Assembly (NCBI GenBank): GCA_049303675.1
Contig: JBAQNJ010000001.1
Location: forward strand, 135,494 to 199,493
From: Microgenomates group bacterium
Lineage (GTDB): Bacteria > Patescibacteriota > Microgenomatia > UBA12405
Direction of reading: 5' to 3'
Length of the DNA: 64,000 bases
Below are positions 1-9,222 of the stretch, piece after piece (position 1 is the stretch's first letter; each line of letters opens with the position of its first letter). A program made the position numbers and the translations under genes. A model generated the notes under the pieces. The model was not told the DNA's origin. It saw only the letters and a program-made list of their open reading frames with translations, and made no database searches.

Positions 1-594
1 AAAATTTTCCTTCACTATTGGTATGTTTCCAAAAAAGTATCCACCTAAGGTAAACAATGACACCCACACTAATCCTCCCCAAAAGTTAAACGAGATAAAT
101 TTCTTATAATCCATCTTTCCCACCCCCGCTACAAATGGTGCAAATGTTCGCACTATTGGTACAAATCGTGCCAACACTATCGCTTTTCCCCCATGTTTAT
201 CGTAAAACGCCTGTGCTTTATGCAAATACTCAGGCTTCAGTATTTTACTAATTTGTAATTCATAATTCATAATTCGTAATTTAAAATTGGGGTCAAATGC
301 TTTTGCCCCAATTTTAAAACCTATCCAATAGTTCACTGTGTCTCCCAAAAACGCCGCCGCCACCATCAATCCCCACAACAACCATATATTAAATGCATTC
401 AAAGAAGCACTCAATGCCCCAGCCGCAAAAAGTAGTGAATCTCCTGGCAAAAAAGGCATTATTACCAATCCAGTCTCCGCAAATATTACCAAAAATAGTA
501 GTCCATAGCTCCAACCACCCATGGTCACTATCACCGCCGCCAAATTTTTATCAATATGCAAAAATAAATTAACCAGATATCTCATTGTATTCAT
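1..594 (-). CDS. DedA/SNARE-associated family membrane protein (C-terminus runs off window start)
   Basis: Reverse translation from ATG at 592-594 gives MNTMRYLVNLFLHIDKNLAAVIVTMGGWSYGLLFLVIFAETGLVIMPFLPGDSLLFAAG..., matching the DedA PFLPGDSLLF signature. The frame stays open to position 1. An NYEL heptamer-repeat insertion sits at 250-287. Confidence 0.75.
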   Translation of the reverse strand, partial: MNTMRYLVNLFLHIDKNLAAVIVTMGGWSYGLLFLVIFAETGLVIMPFLPGDSLLFAAGALSASLNAFNIWLLWGLMVAAAFLGDTVNYWIGFKIGAKAFDPNFKLRIMNYELQISKILKPEYLHKAQAFYDKHGGKAIVLARFVPIVRTFAPFVAGVGKMDYKKFISFNFWGGLVWVSLFTLGGYFFGNIPIVKENF

Positions 595-818
595 ATTTTT
601 TCCCTATCTCTCTTTCCTATATCATTTGCCTGTTTTAGTAAATCTGCCACAATTCCGTCAATTGCCTCTCCTGAATTCAATAAATATTCGCTTCTCCTTT
701 TACCTCTATCTGGCAAAAATGAATACGTATTTGCCATTCTATCTCTTATCGCCACTACTCCCATTGCATTATTAATTAGTTCTTTTTGTTCATCTGATAG
801 TCTTGGTCTCTCTGCCAT
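591..818 (-). CDS. hypothetical small protein (75 aa), ATGA-coupled to the dedA-like gene
   Basis: ORF track. Stop/start overlap (ATGA) with the downstream DedA ORF. No recognisable motif. Confidence 0.35.
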   Translation of the reverse strand: MAERPRLSDEQKELINNAMGVVAIRDRMANTYSFLPDRGKRRSEYLLNSGEAIDGIVADLLKQANDIGKRDREKI

Positions 819-857
819 ATTTCTTATTTTATCAAGTCTCCCTTGTCAAAGGGAGAT

Positions 858-2045
858 TTAGAGGGATTGTAATTTTAAATTCGTAATTAAATCACTATTA
901 ATCCCTTCATATCCCAATGCCCAAAATCCAATCCCCCCAACTTTCGCATTTTTGGCCAATTCAACTTTTAATTTCAGGCTTCTCTCATCTTCAAAATATG
1001 CCTGATGCCACTCATTTACATAATAGTATTCAGTCGTTTTTACGATTCTCTTTCCTATTTTTTTACTTTTTACTTTTGATTTTTGTATTTTCTCCTCCCA
1101 CGCTACCCACGGTGTCATACTCAACTCATCAAACTTTGTACCAGTAAATCCAATACTTTCCGTAAAAAATACTGTCCTCCCATATCTCCCCGCTAGTTGA
1201 GCACTTCCCCAGCTCTCATCAACTGTCGCCCACTCATATCCATAGAGTGGATAAGCCATAATTATCTTCTCAGCCTTCATATTAATTATGGCCATTTTAT
1301 CCACTATTTCCCTCACATTCCTCTCTCCCACCTCCGATCCAATTGGTGCCACTGGACCAGCATAGTCAGCCCCTGGTCGGTGAAAATCATAGGCCATCAC
1401 CACAATCCAGTCCACTACCCCATTCAATGCCTCCAATCTTTCTTTGCTTCCCTTGATAATTGTATTGGCAAACACATCTACCCCTATTTCCCCCCAGCCT
1501 CCCTTCTTAGCATCAGCAAAAAATCTTACAAAGTCGTCAGCCAAGATTCTCTGATTATCACTCATATATTCAAAATCAATATTAACTCCATCATAACCAT
1601 TACTTATTACTACTTCTCGGACATTATTTATCAAATTCTTTTTTGCCACTTCGTCAGCCATAAATTCTTTCAAATCATTATCATCAAACATTTTAATCGA
1701 CAAAATATTTTTTCCACCTGCCTGTTTTACAGATTTCTTAATTTGCAGGTAACTTTCATTATTAATTTTTTTGCTCTGGATATCCCACACTAGGCTCCCA
1801 TCTGTATTTACCTCTATTCCCGAAAATATCAACTGATCAATTTCCTTACCATATATTTTTGTTTTACCAATCATCCAGCTCGGCAAAAACCCCACTGTCT
1901 CCATCTTTTTATCCTCTTTTCTCTGAAAAATATTTCCCAGTCCTAGTGGTGTCAACAGATCCCCACCATCATCTTTTTGCCACTGAAAGAATATCCCCCC
2001 AATTATCAATAATATTATTACCAATCCCCCGATAAATCTTTTCAT
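858..2045 (-). CDS. glycoside hydrolase family 18 (chitinase-like) with N-terminal TM anchor
   Basis: GH18 catalytic motif DGVNIDFEY (DxxDxDxE) and an N-terminal hydrophobic helix. The C-terminus and stop codon are supplied by a repeat element. Confidence 0.75.
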   Translation of the reverse strand: MKRFIGGLVIILLIIGGIFFQWQKDDGGDLLTPLGLGNIFQRKEDKKMETVGFLPSWMIGKTKIYGKEIDQLIFSGIEVNTDGSLVWDIQSKKINNESYLQIKKSVKQAGGKNILSIKMFDDNDLKEFMADEVAKKNLINNVREVVISNGYDGVNIDFEYMSDNQRILADDFVRFFADAKKGGWGEIGVDVFANTIIKGSKERLEALNGVVDWIVVMAYDFHRPGADYAGPVAPIGSEVGERNVREIVDKMAIINMKAEKIIMAYPLYGYEWATVDESWGSAQLAGRYGRTVFFTESIGFTGTKFDELSMTPWVAWEEKIQKSKVKSKKIGKRIVKTTEYYYVNEWHQAYFEDERSLKLKVELAKNAKVGGIGFWALGYEGINSDLITNLKLQSL

Positions 2046-2072
2046 CCCTCTATTCTACCAATATATCTTAGT

Positions 2073-2321
2073 TTACCTATTCGCATAGGCCCACAAGGCG
2101 GCTCTCAATTTATCTGCATATTGTTTACCCACTATAGTTGCTGGTTCACCTTCCGCCTCAATATACAAAGCTGTATCTGTAGAAAACCTTTTTTTAAGTA
2201 ATCTTGCCTCGACCAAAGACGCCTCTACTGTTTCCGCTTCAGCTCTTCTCGCCACTCGAACGTCAGTCACCCTAGCCGATCTTTTACCCACATCTTCCAT
2301 TATTCTTAATGTTTTTGACAT
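2073..2321 (-). CDS. hypothetical protein (82 aa)
   Basis: ORF only. Arg/Ala-rich with no motif recognised. Confidence 0.3.
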   Translation of the reverse strand: MSKTLRIMEDVGKRSARVTDVRVARRAEAETVEASLVEARLLKKRFSTDTALYIEAEGEPATIVGKQYADKLRAALWAYANR

Positions 2322-2350
2322 AAGTTATACAGTAAATATGTAAATCAGGG

Positions 2351-2424
2351 TGGGCAATGATAGACTCGAACTATCGACCCCCGTCTTATCAGGACGGTGC
2401 TCTAACCAACTGAGCTAATTGCCC
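2351..2424 (-). tRNA. tRNA-Ile (anticodon GAT)
   Basis: The reverse complement reads GGGCAATTAGCTCAGTTGGTTAGAGCACCGTCCTGATAAGACGGGGGTCGATAGTTCGAGTCTATCATTGCCCA. It has a 7-bp acceptor stem, GTTCGAGTC T-loop and anticodon loop CUGAUAA (GAU). CCA is not encoded. Confidence 0.85.
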
Positions 2425-2492
2425 TTATTCCTCACAGACTACTCCGATTATACCAAAGCATTTTAAAATTAATATATCGACTCTGCCCTTAA

Positions 2493-3443
2493 TTATTGTC
2501 CATCATCAATTTTCCACATTGTTGGTTTTGCCTTACTCACCGTCGGAGTACCCAGCAATCTTCTTGTTGGCGCTACAACTGTCGGAGTAGCCGTTGGCCC
2601 ACAAACACAGTTGACACTTCCAGTACAACTAGCATTTCGACAAACTCCATAGAAAGTGGGCAGCTTTATCGGTGATTTTCCATCGTATTTTTTTGGTAAT
2701 ATTTCTGCTACTTTTGGACAAATCCGAACCATCTCATTTATTGTTGTCCTGTCGATAGCCTGATTTGTCTCCAGTTTTTTGAGCATCTCCACCGGCAATT
2801 TGGACTCACAAGTCCACCATATCGGAGTACAAGTCATTCCTGCCCCACACCCCATAGCTGAATTTCCACACCGACTCCCACATCTACCTCCACCCACCGG
2901 TGGACCCATTGTTGGAGTAGGACTATTTCCACTTTTATAATAGCTTGTGTTATGTTTGGCAATATCCCATGTCGCCTTTTGTCCATTAATCATTAATGTT
3001 CCCCATCCCACTTTTATTTCCCCACTCTCACTATTCAACGGTCTAAAAGTTAACTTGACCAATTCCACCGCCCCCGCTTTTTCCTCATCTAAAGTCACCA
3101 TTCTAAACATTTTTGCCCCGTTTCCCTCACCACTCAGATCATCATTTAAAATCGAATATCCATTTTGAGGTGTTGCCCCTACAAATTCCAAATTTTTATA
3201 ATCATACCCTACCCAAAATTCTGCCCCTACCAATTTGTCATCACTTCTCCCCGTATCCGCCCAGACGTGCACTTCAAATTCCTTACCCACAGTAGTCAAC
3301 ATATTACTCGGCAATATTGACGAACTGGTCTCCGCCGCTGCCGCCCCTCTTTTTAGATTTTGATTTTTTTGCACCAGATATGCCCCACCCAGCAGAGCAG
3401 CCAGTAATATTACAATTGATAGTCCTCTGAAAAAACTTTTCAT
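2493..3443 (-). CDS. secreted Cys-rich protein (signal peptide, C-terminal cysteine cluster)
   Basis: N-terminal MKSFFRGLSIVILLAALLGGAYLV signal-like segment. The C-terminal third has more than 14 Cys (CGSRCGNSAMGCGAGMTC...CVCGP). Confidence 0.55.
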   Translation of the reverse strand: MKSFFRGLSIVILLAALLGGAYLVQKNQNLKRGAAAAETSSSILPSNMLTTVGKEFEVHVWADTGRSDDKLVGAEFWVGYDYKNLEFVGATPQNGYSILNDDLSGEGNGAKMFRMVTLDEEKAGAVELVKLTFRPLNSESGEIKVGWGTLMINGQKATWDIAKHNTSYYKSGNSPTPTMGPPVGGGRCGSRCGNSAMGCGAGMTCTPIWWTCESKLPVEMLKKLETNQAIDRTTINEMVRICPKVAEILPKKYDGKSPIKLPTFYGVCRNASCTGSVNCVCGPTATPTVVAPTRRLLGTPTVSKAKPTMWKIDDGQ

Positions 3444-4396
3444 CCTTGTTTACCCATTAAATAATATTTTTTCCAAATCGCAAAATCACTTAAGTCAATT
3501 CTCCTATCATGATTAAAATCAGCTACCCAAGGACCGTTGTATTCAAACGAAGTGATCGGTATCCCTATGAATTTCCAGTAATCTCTTTTCCAAATCGCAA
3601 AATCAACCAAGTCTACTTTCCCATCTCCATTAGCATCTCCATTTATAACAACTCCACTTCCACACACCATCATTCTTTGGGAATTTTGATGAGCTCCGTT
3701 ACAACATTTGTCACATGAAGTGGTCAATGGATCACCCTGACCACATACGTACCCATCATTAAAACAAGTGGTAGTTGGTGTCACCTCCAAAACATCTCTC
3801 ACCACACAACGATTATTTACTGCCACGCAACTTTTTCCCTCAGGTGGGGCTAGGTCAATACACGCCATATCCTTCGTTTTGTTCACACATGTTTCTCCAC
3901 ACCAACCACAATTCATCATCACTGGGGGTTTTTCTACTACCTTAATTGTTACCGTAAACGCCGCTCCACCCACATAATAACAATCAGGTGGGCTTACCGC
4001 GTTGTTGCAGGCCTTTCCATCAATATACAATTTCTCCACATAATTACCCACGTTTCTAGTTTTGGGTACTATTACTCGTACCCCTACATTTGGCCCTTCA
4101 CCCACTTCAAATTGTTGTTTAAACGTCGTCATTCTCTTCACATACACTCCACTCTCATTTGTATATTCCAACAACCCCCCAGATGTCCACATTTTAGTAT
4201 CATACAAGGTTCTGCCTGCCGCATTTTTAAAAATCACCGCCGAGCGAAAGCCACAATTAACTTCACCTTTAGTACATTCAATTACCGGTGGCACATTATA
4301 GTTATCAACTACATAGCTCACAGCCAACGCATTTTTTCCCGATATTACCCACAAACTCCCTACCAAAGTCCACATTCCAATAATTATTTTTCTCAC
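3440..4396 (-). CDS. secreted Cys-rich protein with C-terminal dockerin-type repeat pair
   Basis: Signal peptide MRKIIIGMWTLVGSLWVISG. Two Ca-binding dockerin-like repeats: DANGDGKVDLVDFAIWKRDYW and DFNHDRRIDLSDFAIWKKYY. Confidence 0.6.
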   Translation of the reverse strand: MRKIIIGMWTLVGSLWVISGKNALAVSYVVDNYNVPPVIECTKGEVNCGFRSAVIFKNAAGRTLYDTKMWTSGGLLEYTNESGVYVKRMTTFKQQFEVGEGPNVGVRVIVPKTRNVGNYVEKLYIDGKACNNAVSPPDCYYVGGAAFTVTIKVVEKPPVMMNCGWCGETCVNKTKDMACIDLAPPEGKSCVAVNNRCVVRDVLEVTPTTTCFNDGYVCGQGDPLTTSCDKCCNGAHQNSQRMMVCGSGVVINGDANGDGKVDLVDFAIWKRDYWKFIGIPITSFEYNGPWVADFNHDRRIDLSDFAIWKKYYLMGKQG

Positions 4397-4405
4397 ACTA
4401 TAAAT

Positions 4406-5314
4406 CTATGCCTTTTTCAAAAACATTTCAACCACTAGTTTGGCCACATTAATTTTGGTAGATTCTTCAAATCCCTTAAACTGACACTGTCTATTTACTT
4501 CCAAAATATAGCTCTTATCGCGCTCATCCTTCATAATGTCCACTCCACAATAATCCAGTCCACATACTTTAGCCACCTTTTCCGCCAACATTTTATCTGT
4601 CTCTGACAACTTGTATGTTTCCACTTCACCCCCTAGGCTATAATTACTTCTAAATTCCGCCCCTACTGCCGATCTTTTCATCCCTCCTATCGCTTTCCCA
4701 TCCAGCACAATCACCCGTATATCCCAACGTGTCGGTAAATACTTTTGCCACAGGAACATTCCTATATTCTTCTCATTTATTTTTTTGACAAACTTTTTTT
4801 CTGCCTCCCAGTTATCAAACTTTCGTACCGACTTACCCTGATACCCTTTTTCATGTTTGGCAATTATTGGCCATCCCCAAATATCTCCCCCCATATTGCC
4901 ATTTAATATTTGTTCTTTTGTATAAAAAATATTTGTGGGAACAATTGGTATGTTATTTTCAATAAACACTCCATGTTGGCTAATTTTCCCCATTCTGGTC
5001 CAGTTCAAATATCCCTCATGATTAGCACAAAATATTTCTTTTTGTAACAATCTTATCGCCAAATTTCTCCCCTCAGTATACTTTCCCGACACTGTCCCCG
5101 CCACTCGGAACCACATACCGATACTATTTTCCTTCGTTACCTCCACCCCTTTTACCAACACTCTTGGTTTTTCATTATTGAGATCAAATGTCATGTCTCG
5201 GTACAAGGCCCGATTCACCTCCACTCCCAACTTCTTGGCCTCCATCTCCAGCCTATCTACCTCAAACTGACTTTGTTTAAGCGACATGGTAAAAGTGACA
5301 ATTTTGCGATTCAT
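4406..5314 (-). CDS. RimK-family ATP-grasp ligase (alpha-L-glutamate ligase-like)
   Basis: ATP-grasp motifs: KHEKGYQGKSV, GGMKRSAVGAEFRSNYSLGGEVE, CGLDYCGVDIM...LEVNRQCQFKGF (RimK-like). Confidence 0.75.
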   Translation of the reverse strand: MNRKIVTFTMSLKQSQFEVDRLEMEAKKLGVEVNRALYRDMTFDLNNEKPRVLVKGVEVTKENSIGMWFRVAGTVSGKYTEGRNLAIRLLQKEIFCANHEGYLNWTRMGKISQHGVFIENNIPIVPTNIFYTKEQILNGNMGGDIWGWPIIAKHEKGYQGKSVRKFDNWEAEKKFVKKINEKNIGMFLWQKYLPTRWDIRVIVLDGKAIGGMKRSAVGAEFRSNYSLGGEVETYKLSETDKMLAEKVAKVCGLDYCGVDIMKDERDKSYILEVNRQCQFKGFEESTKINVAKLVVEMFLKKA

Positions 5315-5347
5315 ATATATAGTATATTTTTAAACTTTATAAACTTT

Positions 5348-6442
5348 TTAACTTTCAACTTTTAAACTCGAAAGAAATAATACTATTTCTTTTGGTACAT
5401 CGATTCCCGTCGCCTGCATAAATCCCTTAAACTGTGGCCCCTTATTTACTTCCCAAATTACCGGCTTGCTCCTATCAAAATCTCTAAATGCCACATCTAC
5501 CCCTGCCACCGCCAATCCACATACCCTTGCCGCCTTTACCGCCAATTGTTTTATCTCTTCTGGCAAATCGGCTACTTCCACCGCGCCACCAGCACTATAA
5601 TTATTTCTAAACTCACTCTTATTCTGTGACGATCTCTTCATTACTCCCAGTACTTTTTCTCCCAACACCAGCACTCGATAATCCCCATCATTAGGTATAT
5701 ATTCTTGCAACATATATCTTTTTCCTTCTTCCGTCTCCGACTTTCTCAGTTTTCTTACCAACTCTTCCATTTCCTCTAAATTATCCGCTTTATACACTCT
5801 CGTCCCTCTGTCCCCCCCACTACCTTTTACTATCACCGGAAAAATAATCGACTCGCAGTCAATAAATTTTTCGCGCGCAGTCACCTGCCCGTCCGGCAGG
5901 CGGGTCTGAGTGGCGTTCGTACGAAGGCGCGAGCACGAAAAATTTTGTTGACGAGAGTCGTCACTATTTTTCATCGTTTCATACAAATACCACAAGCTTC
6001 CATAAATCGTTTTAGGCACATCTATCCCCGCCTTCTTCAAGGCCAACATTTGATATGCCTTGCAAGCCATACTCGGCTTGCCGTTCAAAATAATCGGATC
6101 AACAATTATCGGTTTTTTCTTTAATTCGTAATTCGTAATTTTTAATTCGTAATTAATTAGATCCACCTCTTCCCAGTGTTTTCCGGTTGTTCTAAAAAAT
6201 AACACATCATAATCATTTATTTGCAGCCATCCCTCATTTTTAATTGTACGGGCGGTCCCTTGTGGCCGCCCTTCTAAATTTCCCCTAATTTTAACTCTCA
6301 GCTCAGTCGTATCAAAACACACCCGATTATATGACACCAAATCCAATCTCACTCCCAACTTTTTGGCCGCCTTTTTAATCAGCACCAAATGCTGACTAAT
6401 CTTCCCTCCAAAAAATAACGCTATTTTTGTTTGATTTTTCAT
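5348..6442 (-). CDS. RimK-family ATP-grasp ligase carrying two in-frame repeat insertions
   Basis: VIVKGSGGDRGTRVYK, EFRNNYSAGGAVE, CGLAVAGVDV...WEVNKGPQFKGF. Insertions encode INYELKITNYELKK (6121-6160) and a 95-nt GC-rich hairpin segment (5870-5965). Confidence 0.7.
   Translation of the reverse strand: MKNQTKIALFFGGKISQHLVLIKKAAKKLGVRLDLVSYNRVCFDTTELRVKIRGNLEGRPQGTARTIKNEGWLQINDYDVLFFRTTGKHWEEVDLINYELKITNYELKKKPIIVDPIILNGKPSMACKAYQMLALKKAGIDVPKTIYGSLWYLYETMKNSDDSRQQNFSCSRLRTNATQTRLPDGQVTAREKFIDCESIIFPVIVKGSGGDRGTRVYKADNLEEMEELVRKLRKSETEEGKRYMLQEYIPNDGDYRVLVLGEKVLGVMKRSSQNKSEFRNNYSAGGAVEVADLPEEIKQLAVKAARVCGLAVAGVDVAFRDFDRSKPVIWEVNKGPQFKGFMQATGIDVPKEIVLFLSSLKVES
5870..5965. repeat. 95-nt GC-rich multi-hairpin insertion inside the second ATP-grasp gene
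   Basis: cgcgcgcagtcaCCTGCCcgtccGGCAGGcgggtctgagtggcgTTCGTACGAAggcgcgagcacg. Strongly GC-skewed relative to flanks. Read in-frame as SRLRTNATQTRLPDGQVTAREKF. Confidence 0.65.
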
Positions 6443-6545
6443 AAAATATTAAAAAATATATCGAAGCCATCTTTTTCTAGCGACTTTGAACGTGGGCGAC
6501 CACATTCACCGGAGCAAGAAAAATGGTGGCGAGAATTATTTTTTA

Positions 6546-7958
6546 TCATATTTTTTTAGCACTAATCAAAAACCCCTCCAAATCTTTACGTCCCAATAAA
6601 AATTTTGTCCTCAATTTATTTCTATCCGCCACATTCACTGCTGTTGTCACCTTCTTCCCATTCAACCAAAATGTTGCCCCCACCACTGGCCTGTCCTTGT
6701 TTTTACCGAGACTCGATCGATAATGTCGATAATACAGTACTCGACTCCCTTCCATCAATCCCAACTTTTCCGCCAAAGTTCGATCAATTGAACTCCTAAA
6801 CGCCCCCGTATCAATTTTTGCCCTCACCTCTACTACCCTATGTTTTCCTAGTTTCAATATTGGACTCTTACTCATGTTTGGCCTAAACCCCTTAGGCACC
6901 TTTACTTTAATTATTTCAATTGGTTGAACTGTTTTAGTCCGCTCTTTTTGTTCTACCTTCTCGAAAAAGCTTTCTCCAAACAAATACTTGGACAATGTCA
7001 CAGCATGGTTAGTACTCCTTACGTCGATATCTTCCACTTTATCCATTCTAGCTTTCAGTCCGGCTTTATTACAAATTTGAATCGACAACCCAGGTCGTGA
7101 ATTTACTTCTAGTACCATTGGTCCCCGTTCTTTATCCAACACTACATCTACTCCCAAAAAGCCTAGGCTGGGTATCGCTTTCTGACTATTCACCGCCGTT
7201 TCCAAAATTTCTCGCCACAGCGGTACTTTTATTCCATTTACTTTTATCCATTTCTTTTTGCCATGATCATATAGTTTTTTTATTTCCTCGCCCTTACCCT
7301 CAATTCCAAAAGTAGTTATTCCTGTGGCCAGATCTACCCCTAGTCCCATCGCTCCCTGCTGCAAATTGGCTTTGCCGCCACTTTTCTCTGTTGGAATTCT
7401 AAACATCGCCATTACTGGCACCCGATTATAAACAATCACCCGAATATCTGGTGTCCCCGATTTGGTAATAGCCAAAAACATTGGATGAATCTTGATCCGC
7501 TCTTCTACCAACACCCCATCTCTCATCCCATGAAGACTATATTTACCCACCAATATATCTCGACAATGATCTTTTATTTCCTCCACCGTTACTGTCTTCC
7601 CATCCATCATCTGCCATTTCAGTTCTTCCGACTCAGTTTTAGTTTTTAAATTTGAAATTTTAAATTTTAAATTTTTTAATTGTCTTCTGACGATTAAAAT
7701 TCCCTCTCCCCCATATCCCGATATTGGCTTGATTACAAAATTTCCTTCCAGTTTTTCCCACTCAAATCTATCAACTCCTTTTTCACTTCTAATTCTTTTA
7801 ATCAATTTGGGCACACTTACCCCTGCCTCATTCAAAATATTCTTGGTTCTGTATTTACTATCAGCAATCGACCGACCCTCCGAACTATTCTTCCTTAGGT
7901 ATACCTTATTTCTCTCATTCTTGGTCAAAAATTGCTTATATTGTTTTAAATTAAACAT
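6546..7958 (-). CDS. ATP-grasp ligase (RimK-like) fused to C-terminal retropepsin-like domain (PF05618/DUF785-like)
   Basis: N-terminal ATP-grasp (VIKPISGYGGEGILIV, QQGAMGLGVDLATG, VLEVNSRPGLS). The C-terminus VVEVRAKIDTGAFRSSIDRTLAEKLGL...ATFWLNGKK resembles the RimK-associated aspartyl-protease-like fold. An AATTTGA-repeat insertion encodes KNLKFKISNLKTK. Confidence 0.65.
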   Translation of the reverse strand: MFNLKQYKQFLTKNERNKVYLRKNSSEGRSIADSKYRTKNILNEAGVSVPKLIKRIRSEKGVDRFEWEKLEGNFVIKPISGYGGEGILIVRRQLKNLKFKISNLKTKTESEELKWQMMDGKTVTVEEIKDHCRDILVGKYSLHGMRDGVLVEERIKIHPMFLAITKSGTPDIRVIVYNRVPVMAMFRIPTEKSGGKANLQQGAMGLGVDLATGITTFGIEGKGEEIKKLYDHGKKKWIKVNGIKVPLWREILETAVNSQKAIPSLGFLGVDVVLDKERGPMVLEVNSRPGLSIQICNKAGLKARMDKVEDIDVRSTNHAVTLSKYLFGESFFEKVEQKERTKTVQPIEIIKVKVPKGFRPNMSKSPILKLGKHRVVEVRAKIDTGAFRSSIDRTLAEKLGLMEGSRVLYYRHYRSSLGKNKDRPVVGATFWLNGKKVTTAVNVADRNKLRTKFLLGRKDLEGFLISAKKI

Positions 7959-7984
7959 TTTCTATACTTAATACCTAATACTTA

Positions 7985-8743
7985 CTACTTAATACCATTT
8001 CTTGTCCTAATCGCCTTTCTAAATCTCTTGATTTCCGACAACCGAATACCCGTATAATTACCCACTCCAAAATTGACAATTAGTCCCAGTAGCAGACACA
8101 ACTCAGGATATTTCAAAATTATTTCTTGAACACTTCCGATACTCATTACTCCTGCCCCCACAATCGCCAATATCAAAGTTCCCATTGTTAGTTTTTTGGC
8201 CTCATTTCGGCTTTTAGCTAGTTGCGTTCTGGCAAATTCTTCGGTCAGCAGAATCATAAATAATATTGGGAAAATCGATATTTTATTCATCTCCAATATT
8301 GGGATAAATGACAATCCCAATACCAACACCAATGTTCCGATTGAGATAAATACCAAATTAATAGCTCTCGATGGCCAAAAATGCAGCTTATATCTTCGCA
8401 ATCCCCAGTTGCATATTATCGACATTAGCAAAATCAAGGCAAACAACAGTAGACCACTCGCAATTCCAGTCGCCAAAAACGCCACTGCCATCATTGATGG
8501 CATAAATATTCCATATCCCGATACCCCCAGCACATAATGAAGTCCAGAAATTAGTGTCGCCAATAATGGTAACAATAATAGTAGTACTATCGTGTTTTCT
8601 GACACCCCTCTTTCAATCGCCATCTGAGACGCCACCTTTATACTGTTAATCCCGTTCCAAGTATCCACTTTACCTGCAGCCAATACCGGGTTCACTCCCA
8701 GCCACATTCCTGCCACTACCATCAGAATCCACATTTTTCTCAT
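7985..8743 (-). CDS. polytopic membrane protein (about 7 TM), function unknown
   Basis: Hydrophobic segments throughout. Lies immediately downstream of the ATP-grasp trio. Confidence 0.5.
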   Translation of the reverse strand: MRKMWILMVVAGMWLGVNPVLAAGKVDTWNGINSIKVASQMAIERGVSENTIVLLLLLPLLATLISGLHYVLGVSGYGIFMPSMMAVAFLATGIASGLLLFALILLMSIICNWGLRRYKLHFWPSRAINLVFISIGTLVLVLGLSFIPILEMNKISIFPILFMILLTEEFARTQLAKSRNEAKKLTMGTLILAIVGAGVMSIGSVQEIILKYPELCLLLGLIVNFGVGNYTGIRLSEIKRFRKAIRTRNGIK

Positions 8744-8842
8744 AAAGTGAGGGGAAAATTATTAACTTAATTGAGCGTATTATAGCATCATTTTACCACA
8801 GTCAACACCTCAAATTTTTACGGTAAACAAGGCATTATTATC

Positions 8843-8883
8843 GGTAATTCGTAATTCGTAATTTTTAATTCGTAATTTAATTG
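8843..8883. repeat. AATTCGT heptamer tandem array (family R1), promoter-proximal copy
   Basis: ggtaattcgtaattcgtaatttttaattcgtaatttaattg. Homologous arrays at 250-287, 869-888, 6121-6160, 16736-16772, 20513-20546, 21251-21286, 23193-23227, 27526-27557, 30520-30562, 32097-32136 and 47014-47047. Confidence 0.85.
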
Positions 8884-8889
8884 TATAAT
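8884..8889 (+). promoter_or_regulatory. extended -10 (TGTATAAT) only 5 nt before the first pilin ATG, inside an AATTCGT repeat array
   Basis: Sequence ttgtataatcagatATG. Implies a very short or leaderless 5' end. Confidence 0.35.
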
Positions 8890-8894
8890 CAGAT

Positions 8895-9221
8895 ATGAAT
8901 CGTCTCTTAGCTATTGCCATCGATCCCCCCACCGGCACCGGCAAAACAATCAGTCAAACTTTTCCCTCTCTCTCGTCCCTTGCCTCTGTCATTGTCAAAA
9001 ATTCCATTACCATCGCCGGAATTCTTTTACTTGCCCTTTTGATTTTTGGAGGTCTTACCTTTATAATTGGGGCAGGTTCAGCCGATGCCAAAAAGTCCGC
9101 TCAGGGCAAAGCCGCCATCACTGATGCCCTAATTGGATTTGTGGTTGTTCTCTTTGCCTACGCCATTGTCCAAATTGTCGAAGTTATTACTGGCATTAAA
9201 ATCTTAAATTCAGGATTATAA
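8895..9221 (+). CDS. T4SS pilin-like protein (VirB2/TrbC-like), paralog 1
   Basis: Two TM helices separated by the SADAKKSAQGKAAITDA loop. First of six tandem paralogs. Confidence 0.6.
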   Translation: MNRLLAIAIDPPTGTGKTISQTFPSLSSLASVIVKNSITIAGILLLALLIFGGLTFIIGAGSADAKKSAQGKAAITDALIGFVVVLFAYAIVQIVEVITGIKILNSGL

Positions 9222-9222
9222 A

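Noticed and set aside
8843-8883. Possibility that the short tandem arrays are CRISPR repeats
   Set aside because: The units are 7-9 nt with no unique spacers, the arrays are only 25-50 nt long, and no cas genes are present.
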